NCBI GenBank assembly: GCA_038087875.1
Contig: CM075993.1
Span: 12,092,001-12,156,000, forward strand
Length of the DNA: 64,000 bases
Direction: 5' to 3'
DNA from: Malacoraja senta
Taxonomy: Eukaryota
Part shown: one piece after another, positions 1-10,935 of the stretch
Layout: each line of letters opens with the position of its first letter
How positions within the stretch are numbered: position 1 is the first letter of the stretch
Notes under the pieces: generated by a model
Database searches by the model: none
What the model saw: the letters and a program-made list of their open reading frames with translations, nothing else
Told to the model about the DNA's origin: nothing
Translations under genes and position numbers: made by a program

Positions 1-708
1 ATAATTAGTTAGTTACCTGATTGTAGCTAATTACAAAATTCAATTACTAGATCTAAACATCTATCAATTTCTTAAGAATAGATTAACATTTTTAAATAGC
101 CTAAGTGTCCAAATAACATTCACACAATAATTCACAATATAACATAATTTTTAAATCTCATTTTCATGAATTTACAGGCCAAATGGAAGGAATTGAATGT
201 TTAATACCTGTAAATTAATGGGCATTTAAATCATCTTGCGAGTGAGGATTTCTGGAACGCGATCTTTTGGAACGTTCATTTGTGGTGAATTTAACCCCGT
301 ATTGGCATGAAAAACTCTGCCGTTAGTTCGGGGAATATAATCACCGTTTCGCATGAAAAAATGTGAATTAAAGGCTTCTTAAGAAGCACTTTTATACATT
401 TAAAGAAACCACTTTCGTTTACCTGTCCCGTGTGTGAAATCCGTCCCCGTTATCGGCGTTGACGCTTCAGGAGCTGCTTTTAAAATTACTCCAGCGCTGA
501 CATTGACGATTTAATAAAAATAAAAAATGCACAAAACGCCCCTAGGAACGATTTTTCAGCAAACGCTTGTACTCCAACGAAATATAATTCAGGACAAGGT
601 AGGAGAAACCCGCGTTTTAACCCCCACCCCCCTTAAAGGCGCCAAAATCGCGCGCACGGCCAGTGGCAGAATTACAGCGCGACTGAAGGTAAGTTTTGTA
701 ACATACCT
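1..708. repeat. Non-coding interspersed repeat truncated by the window edge; possibly one end of a DNA transposon
   Basis: No credible ORF; ends abruptly at ...GGTAAGTTTTGTAACATACCT where Gypsy protease-like sequence begins. The partner terminus is not in the window. Confidence 0.3.
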
Positions 709-723
709 ACAGATTGCTCGGTC

Positions 724-3493
724 ATGATCAAAGACCTGTACGAAACAAAGTTCCCACAGATACCATTGTTTGAGAGTAAGGTCAAGCTGAGAACCTACTC
801 GGGCGAAGTTTTGGAGACTTGTGGACAAATGAACTGTAAAGTTCAGCATAATGGTCAGTCAGTAACACTGCCCATCATAGTGGCCAGCTACAGAAATAAA
901 CCAACCCTCCTTGGAAAGGATTGAGTGAGTAGAATAGAATTAGACTGGAAGAACATTTTCAGCGTCAATTTGTCCAAATCACGTCTTGAAAACGTCATAA
1001 GCAAACATGCAAACATTTTTGCTGACAGTTACACGGGAATAACAGGGTACTCTGCACACATTCGACTTAAGCAAGATGTGAAACCTGTGTATTGTCGACC
1101 AAGACCTGTACCATATGCACTAAAGCAACAAGTGAAGGAAGAACTCGACAGGTTAGAGCGTAATGGTGTACTTGTGAAGACAGAACAGAGTAACTGGGCA
1201 ACGGCAATTGTGACTACCCAAGGCTGATAAAACTGTTCGACTATGTGGTGACTACAAAGTCACAATCAACCAAGCCGTTGATGATGAACAATATCCGTTA
1301 CCAACTTCGCAAGATCTGTACGCAGATCTTAGTCTTCACTAGAGTCTTCACTAAACTGGATTTGTCTCACGCTTATGCCCAACTCAATGTCGATAAGGAA
1401 AGTCAACAGTACTTGACTATCAACACACATAAGGTCTTGTATTCATATACAAAGCTGCCGTATGGTGTGAAATCCACCCCGAAAAATATCCAGTCTCTCA
1501 TGGACAAAATGTTACAAGGCATTCCACACTGTGTGCAACCAGGATGACCTACTGATATTCACAGAGGGCGTAGTAGAACATCTGGAAATCCTAAAGCAAG
1601 TTCTCACACGACTGAACTGCCACAATATCAAACTGCGTCAAGGTAAATGTGCATTTGCGCAGTCAGAGGTGGTCTACCTTGGACTCAAAGTAGACGCCAA
1701 CGGACTTCGCCCTGTGAAGGAGAAAGTGGAAGTAATAGTGAATGCTCCAAAACCCAACAATGTGTCAGAGCTACGATCATTCCTTGGGATGGGGCAGTTC
1801 TGTGCACGATTCCTTCCAGATTTAGCAACTGTGCTAAAGCCACTACATCATCTGCTAGAAAAAGATGTGAAATGGACGTGGGGAAAGGAACAGCAATGTG
1901 CATATGACATCTGCAAGGAAAACTTGACAAGTGACAAACTTCTTGTTCACTATGATACGACACGCGAGATGAAACTTGCTTGTGATGCTTCAAGTTATGG
2001 TGTAGGTGCAGTGATCTCCCACGTAATGAATGACGGACAGGAAAAGCCTATTGCTTTTGCATCCCGCACCCTGTCACCGAGTGAACGCAACTATGCACAG
2101 ATAGATAAGGAAGCACTCAGCATCGTGTTCGGAATCAAGAAATTTCATCAGTTTCTTCTCGGCAGACCATTCACCCGAGTGACTGATCACAAGCCACTAC
2201 TAATGATACTTGGTCCCAAGTCAGCTATACCTTCCATGGCGGCATCAAGGATGCAGCGCTGGGCAATTTTGCTGCCCAGTATGACTACAAGGGTATAGAA
2301 GCTCCAAGTGCAACGCAGTTGCAGATGCGTTGTTACAGTTGCCCCATGAAAACTCTGACGTGGGAAGTGAGAACTCAATCTACACACTGCAAGTTGTAGA
2401 TGAAGACTTTCCAGTGACTGCAACAGAAATTGCAGCAGAAACAAAGAAAGACAATGTGCTGAAGTGGGTTTATGAACAGACATTGAATGGTTGGACTGAA
2501 ATCGATAGTGAACTCAGTTCTGAACTCAGAGCTGAAGCCTTTCCATAATCGACGCCATGAATTATCATGTGAGCAGGGATGCATTAAGTGGGGTTACAGT
2601 TGTACCAGAGTCTTTGAGAAACAGAATTATGAACGAACTTCATGCCGAACATCCTGGCATAGTAAACATGCAGTCAATTGTCAGAAGTTTTGTGTATTGG
2701 CCTGGTATTGACAGTGACATTGAGTCACTGGTGAGCAAATGTAGCTTCTGCCAAAATTGCCAGAGTAAACCACCAAAAACACCACTGCAACCCTGGTCAT
2801 GGCTAAGTAGACCTTTTCAGAGAATTCATGTAGATTTTTGTGAAAAGGGTAATGATCACTTTCTGGTGCTAGTAGATACTATTGAGGGCACCATAGATGA
2901 GTTGAGATCCATTTTTGCATGCCATGATTTACCGAAAGAACTTGTTTCTGATTATGGGCCTCAGTTTCGTTCAGAACAGTTCAAAGAGTTTATGCAGCGG
3001 AATGGTGTAAAACACACTTGTTCCCCCATATCATACAGCCTTTAACGGGGCGGCGGAAAGATCTGTTTGAGTGGTCAAAGATGCTCTCAAGAAACTGGTT
3101 TTGCAGGGTAGTTCAAAGCTCAGCATGAAACATCATTTGGCTAGTTTCTTGCTGAAGTACAGAACCACACAACACACAACGGGTTACTCACCTGCAGAAC
3201 TGTTGATGAAGAGAAGGCTAAGAATACAACTAAGTCTAGTTCAACCCAATTTGGCTTTGAGAGTTGAACAAAAACAGTTAAGTCAAAAACGCCAGTTTGA
3301 CTCCCACAAAAAGGAGAGGTACTTCAAGCCAGATGAGCAGGTTCGTGTTCTCAGTCCTCCCAACAAGTCCAGTCGAGACAAATGGGATGTTGGGAAAATA
3401 GTGGAAGTGTGTGGAACAAAAAGATACTTAGTGGAAGTTGGAGATAGGATCAAAAGTGTTCATGTTGATCAAATGATTCTAGCCAAAGACTGA
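724..3493 (+). pseudogene. pol: Gypsy pol pseudogene (PR-RT-RH-IN) with many frameshifts and stops
   Basis: Colinear ORF fragments 724-924, 925-1227, 1245-1547, 1531-2298, 2330-2548, 2557-3045 and 3071-3493, in Gypsy domain order (IN after RH). Confidence 0.9.
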
Positions 3494-3576
3494 GCATGAT
3501 TCCAACCAAAAACTGAGCATGAAGTCCTAATCCCTGAGTCTTTATCTGAAAGTGAGTTGGAAGAGCCAACTGTGAT

Positions 3577-3870
3577 TGACAATAGACAATAGACAATAGG
3601 TGCAGGAGTAGGCCATTCGGCCCTTCGAGCCAGCGCCGCCATTTAATGTGATCATGGCTGATCATCCCCAATCAGTACCCCGTTCCTGCCGTCTCCCCAT
3701 ATTCCCTGACTCCACTATTTTTAAGAGCCCTATCTAGCTCTCTCTTGAAAGCATCCAGAGAACCTGCCTCCACCGCCCTCTGAGGCAGAGAATTCCACAG
3801 ACTCACCACTCTCTGTGAGAAAAAGTGTTTCCTCGTCTCCGTTCCAAATGGCTTAATCCTTATTCTTATT
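3577..3870 (-). mobile_element. CR1-type LINE 3' fragment
   Basis: Encodes HFFSQRVVSLWNSLPQRAVEA; ends in a (TCTATTG)n tail. Confidence 0.85.
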
Positions 3871-3920
3871 GAAACACAAAGTTCAGTCAGTACAGACAAA
3901 GAACGATTGTCTGTACTGAC

Positions 3921-5395
3921 TAAACGATTACCGCCCTGTCGCCCTGACCCCAATAATAATCAAGTGTTTTGAACGCCTGGTGAAACCCCACATTACTGCC
4001 AGCCTCCCCTCATCGTTAGACCCCCTCCAGTTTGCCTATCGCTCCAACCGTTCTACAGAGGACGCCATCTCTACCACGCTGCACACAGTGCTCACGCATC
4101 TGGAAAAAAGTAACACATACGCCAGAATCCTGTACATTGACTTCAGCTCTGCGTTCAACACCATCATCCCACAGAGACTTGTGGAGAAACTAACCCTGCT
4201 GGGCCTCAACACCACCCTGTGTCACTGGATCTTGGACTTTCTGACAGAGAGACCGCAGTCAGTCCGTGTGGGCAAGAACACTTCAGGCTCGATCACGCTG
4301 AGCACCGGCTCACCTCAAGGCTGTGTGCTCAGCCCGCTGTTGTTCACATTGCTCACACATGACTGTGCGGCCAGATTCAGGGACAATATGATCATAACAT
4401 TCGCGGATGACACAACAGTGGTGGGACTCATCAGCGGAGATGATGAATCAATGTACAGGGAGGAAGTAAAACAACTAGTGGACTGGTGCGGCAAAAATAA
4501 TCTAGAACTAAATGTGGAAAAAACAAAGGAGATGGTTGTCGACTTCAGGAGGGCGCAGCCAAAGCATGCACCCCTTAACATCAGTGGCGCCACAGTGGAG
4601 AAAGTGGAGAGCATAAAGTTCCTCGGGGTGCAAATTACGGACAGCCTCACCTGGTCCAGAAACACCACTGGGACCGTCAAAAGGGCCCATCAGCGACTGC
4701 ACTTCCTGAGGAAACTAAAACAGGCCTCACTCCCCACCAACATCCTCAGGACTTTCTACAGGGGTACGGCGTACTGTTTAAATACGTGGTACTCAACCTG
4801 CAACTGCTCGGACAGGAAGGCTCTGCAGAGGGTAGTGAGGGGAGCAGAGAAGATCATTGGCATCTCCCTATCCTCGGTACAAGAACTGTTCATGAGCCGC
4901 TGTCGGAAAAAAGCCCAAAAAATTGCCAAGGACAAAATGGAACCCCTCCACATACACCTGGATCTCCTGCCATCAGGCAAGAGATATCGCAGCATCAAAG
5001 CCCGGACTACAAGACTGCTAAACAGCTTCCTGCCATATGCTGTGAGGCTGCTAAACAGCCACTCTGTACTCACAGTCACCTGATTCTGCGGCTTGGCACG
5101 GACACTATAATAACTGGCACTGGCCACTTCAATAACTGGCACTGGCCACTCAAATCAGCCACCCCGGACATGTTTATGATTGGTCTTACTGTATTTTAAC
5201 GTTGTTTGTATCTATTTTAACTTATACTGTTCCATCAGGGACTGGATTGTTTTAGTGTTGTTATTATTATTATTATGTGTGAAATGTTTTAAACGTCATG
5301 TGCGATGCTCCGGTATTCCCTGGGAAATGTCTTTTCGTTTTGCACTGCACAACTGTTGCTTGCAAGATGACAATAAAGGAATTGAATTGAATTGA
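3921..5395 (+). mobile_element. 5'-truncated Rex1/Babar-like non-LTR retrotransposon
   Basis: RT-coding ORF, then AATAAA and a (GAATT)n tail at 5372-5395; Gypsy sequence resumes afterwards. Confidence 0.85.
3980..5083 (+). CDS. Reverse transcriptase (C-terminal part of a Rex1/Babar-like LINE ORF), open for 367 aa
   Basis: [52 protein letters not shown]. Confidence 0.8.
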   Translation: MKPHITASLPSSLDPLQFAYRSNRSTEDAISTTLHTVLTHLEKSNTYARILYIDFSSAFNTIIPQRLVEKLTLLGLNTTLCHWILDFLTERPQSVRVGKNTSGSITLSTGSPQGCVLSPLLFTLLTHDCAARFRDNMIITFADDTTVVGLISGDDESMYREEVKQLVDWCGKNNLELNVEKTKEMVVDFRRAQPKHAPLNISGATVEKVESIKFLGVQITDSLTWSRNTTGTVKRAHQRLHFLRKLKQASLPTNILRTFYRGTAYCLNTWYSTCNCSDRKALQRVVRGAEKIIGISLSSVQELFMSRCRKKAQKIAKDKMEPLHIHLDLLPSGKRYRSIKARTTRLLNSFLPYAVRLLNSHSVLTVT

Positions 5396-5719
5396 AACAG
5401 ATTCCTCTGGTCAAAGTCAGGGTACTAAAACAGAGCCAAACAAGCCAACAGTTGAGTCAACACCTAAACCTGTTACATCTGTTATTGTTAGACAGGATCC
5501 GTAAACCAGTAGCCAGGTTACGTTTTTAAGTTAAGTAACTCACTGTCTAGGTAGAATGAAAATGTGTAACTATGTAAAATAAATATATTATGTTATCATT
5601 TAAGATTTCATAAATACTGGTTTAAATCAAGTATCACAACAAGCAAATTATAACTGTGTACTTAGATTTAATACTTAAAAAAAGGAGAGCAGTGTAATGT
5701 ATTCATGCATATTCATGTA

Positions 5720-7336
5720 CAGTGGCTTGCAAAAGTATTCATACCCCTTGAACTTTTCCACATTTTGTCACGTTACAACCACAAACGTAAATGTATTTTA
5801 TTGAGATTTTATGTGATAGACCAACACAAAGTGGTGCATAATTGTGAAGTGGAAGGGAAATGATACATGGTTTTCAAATTTGTTTACAAATAAAAAACTG
5901 AAAAGTGTCGCGTGCAAAAGTATTCAGCCCCCCTGAGTCAATACTTTGTAGAACCACCTTTCGCTGCAATTACAGCTGCAAGTCTTTTGGTGTATGTCTC
6001 TACCAGCTTTGCACATCTAGAGACTGAAATATTTGCCCATTCTTCCTTGCTAAATAGCTCAAACTCAGTCAGATTGGATGGAGAGCGTCTGTGAACAGCA
6101 ATTTTCAAGTCTTGCCAGAGATTCTCAATTGGATTTAGGTCTGGACTTTGACTGGGCCATTCTAACACATGAATATGCTTTGATCTAAACCATTCCATTG
6201 TAGCTCTGGCTGTATGTTTAGGGTCGTTGTCCTGCTGGAAGGTGAACCTCCGCCCCAGTCTCAAGTCTTTTGCAGACTCTAACAGGTTTTCTTCCAAGAT
6301 TGCCCTGTATTTGGCTCCATCCATCTTCCCATCAACTCTGACCAGCTTCCCTGTCCCTGCTGAAGAAAAGCATCCCCACAGCATGATGCTGCCACCACCA
6401 TATTTCACAGTGGTGATGGTGTGTTCAGGGTGATGTGCAGTGTTAGGTTTCCGCCACACATAGCGTTTTGCATTTAGGCCAAAAACTTCAATTTTGGTCT
6501 CATCTGACCAGAGCACCTTCCTCCACATGTTTGCTGTGTCCCCCACATAGCTTGTGGCAAACTGCAAACGGGACTTCTTATGGCTTTTTTTCAACAATGG
6601 CTTTCTTCTTGCCACTCTTCCATAAAGGCCCGATTTGTGGAGTGCACGACTAATAGTTGTCCTGTGGACAGATTCTCCCACCTGAGCTGTGGATCTCTGC
6701 AGCTCCTCCAGAGTTACCATGGGCCTCTTGGCTGCTTCTCTGATCAATGCTCTCCTTGCCCGGCCTGTCAGTTTAGGTGGACGGCCATGTCTTGGTAAGT
6801 TTGCAGTTGTGCCATACTCTTTCCATTTTCGGATGATGGATTGAACAGTGCCCCGTGAGATGTTCAAAGCTTGGGATATTTTTTTATAACCTAACCCTGC
6901 TTTAAACTTCTCCACAACTTCATCCCTGACCTGTCTGGTGTGTTCCTCGGGCTTCATGATGCTGTTTGTTCACTAATGTCCTCTAACAAACCTCTGAGGC
7001 CTTCACAGAACAGCTGTATTTATACTGAGATTAGATTACACACAAGTGGACTCTATTTACTAATTAGGTGACTTCTGAAGGCAATTGGTTGCACTGGATT
7101 TTATTTAGGGGTATCAGAGTAAAGGGGGCTGAATACCTTTGCACGCGACACTTTTCAGTTTTTTATTTGTAAAAAAATTTGAAAACCATGTATCATTTTC
7201 CTTCCACTTCACAATTATGCGCCACTTTGTGTTGGTCTATCACATAAAATCCCAATAAAATACATTTACGTTTGTGGTTGTAACGTGACAAAATGTGGAA
7301 AAATTCAAGGGGTATGAAAACTTTTGCAAGCCACTG
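5720..7336 (-). mobile_element. Full-length Tc1-family IR/DR DNA transposon, Passport-like, 1617 bp
   Basis: TA at 5718-5719 and 7337-7338; termini CAGTGGCTTGCAAAAG / CTTTTGCAAGCCACTG; ~215-bp inverted repeats with an inner direct repeat TGCAAAAGTATTCA near 5913 and its inverted counterpart near 7130. Confidence 0.97.
5938..6957 (-). CDS. Tc1 transposase, DD34E, uninterrupted 339 aa
   Basis: Paired-like HTH N-terminus, GRPPK, WSDETK, QQDNDPKH, SPDLNPIENLW; I counted 34 residues between the second D and E. Confidence 0.95.
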   Translation of the reverse strand: MKPEEHTRQVRDEVVEKFKAGLGYKKISQALNISRGTVQSIIRKWKEYGTTANLPRHGRPPKLTGRARRALIREAAKRPMVTLEELQRSTAQVGESVHRTTISRALHKSGLYGRVARRKPLLKKSHKKSRLQFATSYVGDTANMWRKVLWSDETKIEVFGLNAKRYVWRKPNTAHHPEHTITTVKYGGGSIMLWGCFSSAGTGKLVRVDGKMDGAKYRAILEENLLESAKDLRLGRRFTFQQDNDPKHTARATMEWFRSKHIHVLEWPSQSPDLNPIENLWQDLKIAVHRRSPSNLTEFELFSKEEWANISVSRCAKLVETYTKRLAAVIAAKGGSTKY

Positions 7337-7344
7337 TATGTTCA

Positions 7345-8250
7345 AACACCTCACATGCTCTTCGTCTCCTCCATGACCTCCGTTTTCCAGGCCCCCCCCC
7401 ATTCCCTCATCTTCACCATGGATGTCCAGTCACTCTACATCTCCATCCCCCACCAGGAGGGTCTTAAAGCCCTCAGTTTCTTCCTCAACCGCAGAACCAA
7501 CCAATCCCTGTCTACCGATACATTCCTCTGCCTAATGGAGCTGCTCCTTACCATTAACAACTTTTCCTTTGACTCCTCCCAATTCCTCCATATACAAAGC
7601 GTAGCTATGGGCACACGCATGGGCCCAAGCTACGCCTGCCTTTTGTAGGGTACGTCAAACAATCCTTGTTTGAGGCGTACCGTGGCCCTATCCCCGAACA
7701 TTACATCCGCTACATCGACGACTCCATTGGTGCTAACTCCTGCACCCATACAGAACTCACTGACTTCATCCATTCACCACTAACTTCCATCCGGCACTCA
7801 AATTCACCTGGACCATTTCCGACATCTCCCTACCTTTTCTTGACCTCTTCGCCCAACACCTCCGCACAGTTCGCATTAACCAACCTGATCTCCCGGTGGT
7901 TCAGCACTTCAACTCCCCCTCCCATTCCGTATCCGACCTTTCTGTCCTGGGCCTCCTCCATGGCGAGAGTGAGTTCCACTGCAAATTGGAGGAGCAGCAC
8001 CTCATATTTCGCTTGGGTATGAACATGGACCTCCAATTTCAGGTAGTCCTTGCTTTCTCCCTCCTTCCCCTCCCCTTCCCAGCTCTCCCACAGCCCACTG
8101 TCTCCGCCTCTTCCTTTCTTCTTCCCGCCCACCCACCTCCACATCAGTCTGAAGAAGGGTCTCGACCCGAAACGTCACCTATTCCTTCACTCCATAGATG
8201 CTGCAAACGCTCCAAACCCGCTGAGTTTTTCCAGCGTTTTTGTATACCAA
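7345..8250 (+). mobile_element. Penelope-like element fragment (RT and GIY-YIG C-terminus, internally deleted) with terminal hammerhead motif
   Basis: MDVQSLYISIPH, VAMGTRMGPSYA, RYIDD, VQHFN...LEEQHLIFRLG. Confidence 0.85.
8145..8180 (+). ncRNA. Minimal hammerhead ribozyme motif (Penelope-associated)
   Basis: CTGAAGA-A-GGGT(CTCG)ACCC-GAAAC-GTC at 8149-8176: CUGANGA box, stem II, GAAA, palindromic ACGT stem III, GUC cleavage triplet. Confidence 0.75.
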
Positions 8251-9007
8251 GTGATAGATTAGGGGAGCAGATTAAATGCAGGTGTAACTCCTAATAGCTC
8301 AGGGGAGGAGTGTGGAAAGAGTCTCAAGTGTCCCGCTGTTACTCGAGCTTTTTGTGTTTATTTTTTTCTTTAAACCAACATCTGCAGTTCCTTCATACAC
8401 AGCATTTCCTGTCATCTTTTTCCCCTCTACTACCTTCCCGCATGGCCCTTAAATTCATGTGAACCTGGGTGCTTATCTCTCTCCCTCAATGATCAGACAA
8501 TGGTCACATAATCAATGTCCACACATGGTCTCTCACAAGATCTACTTTGTTTAATTGGTCCAGACTCACTGAAAACCCTACATGTCCCTTGTGCTTGGAG
8601 CCTCAGGTCATGCGCACCACTCCTCTGCCGTCTTCATGCAGATCCCGGACTTTGCCAATACAATAACCATATTGATCTGTCCTGCCTTGCCTTCATCTTT
8701 TTCATGTTCATAAGCTCATAAATAATAGGAGCAGAAGCAGGCATTTGGCCCATCAATTGTACTCTGCTATTCAATCATGGCTGATCTATCTGGACATCCT
8801 AACCCCATTCTGCTCCCTTCTCCCTTCTCCCTATAACCCCCGACTCCCATGCTAATCAAGAATCTCTTAATCTGCCTTAAACATATCCATTGTCGGCCTC
8901 CACAGCTGTCTGTGGCATTAAATTCCACAGATGCACCAGCCTCTGACAAGATAAATTCCTCTGGTCCTAGACTTTCCCACTGGTGGAAACATGCTCACCA
9001 CATTCAC

Positions 9008-9865
9008 AGGTAGACACAAAATGCTGGAGTAACTCAGAGGGAGAGACAGCATCTATGGAGAGAAGGAATGGGTGAAGTTTCGGGTCGAGACCCTTCTTCA
9101 GACTGATGTCAGGGGCGGGACAAAGCAAGAATGTAGGCGGAAACCGTAAGACTGGTGGGAGAACTGGGAAGGGGGAGGGGGTGGAGAGGGAGGAAAAGCA
9201 AATGCTACCTGAAGTTAGAGAAGTCAATATTCATACTGCTGGGGTGTAAACTACCCAAGGGAAATATGAGGTGCTGTTCCTCCAATTTGCGCTGGGCCTC
9301 ACTCTGACAATGGAGGAGGCCCAGGGCAGAAAGGTCGGATTGGGAATGGAAGGGGGAGTTGAAGTGCTGAGCCACCAGGAGATCATGTAGGTTTAGGTGG
9401 ACTGAGCAGAGGTGTTCAGCGAAATGATCACCGAGCCTACGCTTGGTCTCACCGATGTAGAGCAGTTGACACCTGCAACAGCGAATTCAGTAGATGAGGT
9501 TGGAGGAGGTGCAGGTGAACCTCTGCCTCACCTGGAAAGACTGTCCTTGTTACGAATAGAGGGAGGAGGAGTAATGCTGCTGGATGTAGAGGAGACCCAA
9601 GTGAGAGCCTCATCTATAATGGAAGAGGGGAACCCCCGTTCCCTAAAGAATGAGTACATCTCCGATCGGCAGTATGAAACACCTCATCCTGGGTGCAGAT
9701 GCGGCGTAGAAGGTGGAATTGGGAGTAGGGGATAGTCCTTACAGGAAGCAGGGTGGGAAGAAGTGTAGTCATGATAGCTATGGGAGTCAATAGGTTTGTA
9801 GTAGATGTCGGTCAGTATCTACTACAAACTGACCAACATCTACCACAAACCTACTGACTCCCAGA
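9008..9865 (-). mobile_element. Penelope-like element 3' fragment
   Basis: Reverse complement of the GIY-YIG/3'-end sequence seen at 25398-26890; hammerhead-like core at 9074-9101. Confidence 0.8.
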
Positions 9866-10477
9866 AGAGAAGAGGTCTTTCTGCAGTTGTACAGGGCCCT
9901 AGTGAGACCACACCTGGAGTATTGCGTGCAGTTTTGGTCCCCTAATTTGAGGAAGGATCTTATTGCTATTGAGGGAGTGCAGCGTAGGTTCAGGAGGTTA
10001 TTTCCCGGGATGGCGGGACTGTCATATGGTGATAGAATGGAGCGGCTGGCTTGTATACTCTGGAGTTTAGAAGGATGAGAGGGGATCTTATTGAAGCATA
10101 TAAGATTATTAAGGGATTGGACACGCTAGATGCAGGAAACATGTTCCCGATGTTGGGGGAGTCCAGAACCAGGGGCCACAGTTTAAGAATAAAGAGTAAG
10201 CCATTTAGAACGGAGATGAGGAAAAACTTTTTCACACAGAGGGTTGTGAATCTGTGGAATTCTCTGCCTCAGAAGGCAGTGGAGGCCAATTCTCTGGATG
10301 CTTTCAAGAGAGAGTTGGATAGTTAAAGATAGCGGAGTCAGGGGATATGGGGAAAAGGCTGGAACGGGGTACTGAGTGTGGATGATCGGCCATGATCACA
10401 GTGAATGGCGGTGCTGGCACAAAGGGTCGAATGACCTACACCTGCACCTATTATCTATTGTCTATTGTCTATTGTCT
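9866..10477 (+). mobile_element. CR1-type LINE 3' fragment
   Basis: [44 protein letters not shown]; (TCTATTG)n tail. Confidence 0.88.
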
Positions 10478-10935
10478 ACTGCATCCGCTTTTTCAGGTGT
10501 CAACATCTCTACATCGGCGAGACCAAGTGCAGGCTCGGCGATTTTTCGCTGAACACTTCTGCTCAGTCCGTCTTACCTAGCTGATCTCCTGGTGCCCCAA
10601 CACGTCAACTCCCCCTCCCATTCCCAATCCGACATTTCTGTCCTGGGCCTCATATTTCGCTTGGGTAGTTTACACCCCAGCGGTATGAACATTGACTGCT
10701 CTAACTTCAGGTAGCCCATGCTTTCTCTCTCCATCCCCTCCCCCTTCCCAGTTCTCCCACCAGCCTTACAGTCTCCGCCTACATTATTTATTTGTCCCGC
10801 CCCTGACATCAGTCTGAAGAAGGGTCTCGTCCAGAAATGTCACGTATTCCTTCCCTCCATAGATACTGCCTCACCCGCTGAGTTACTCCAGCATTTTGTG
10901 TCTACCTTCGATTTTATCCAGCATCTGCAGTTCTT
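10478..10935 (+). mobile_element. Penelope-like element 3' fragment
   Basis: LYIGETK-coding sequence and a mutated hammerhead core at 10814-10841. Confidence 0.75.

Larger units (their letters stand above)
713..5719 (+). mobile_element. Decayed Ty3/Gypsy LTR retrotransposon (protease end, RT, RNase H, integrase, 3' UTR, PPT, start of 3' LTR), interrupted by CR1 and Rex1-like LINEs
   Basis: ORF fragments 724-3493 carry RPVPYALK, FTKLDLSHAY, LPYGV, NQDD (YxDD position), LACDAS, YAQIDKEAL, TDHKPL, H-x3-H...C-x2-C, RIHVDF, VSDYGPQF. Purine tract AAAAAAAGGAGAGCAG (5677-5692) is followed by TGTAATG at 5693. Confidence 0.88.
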
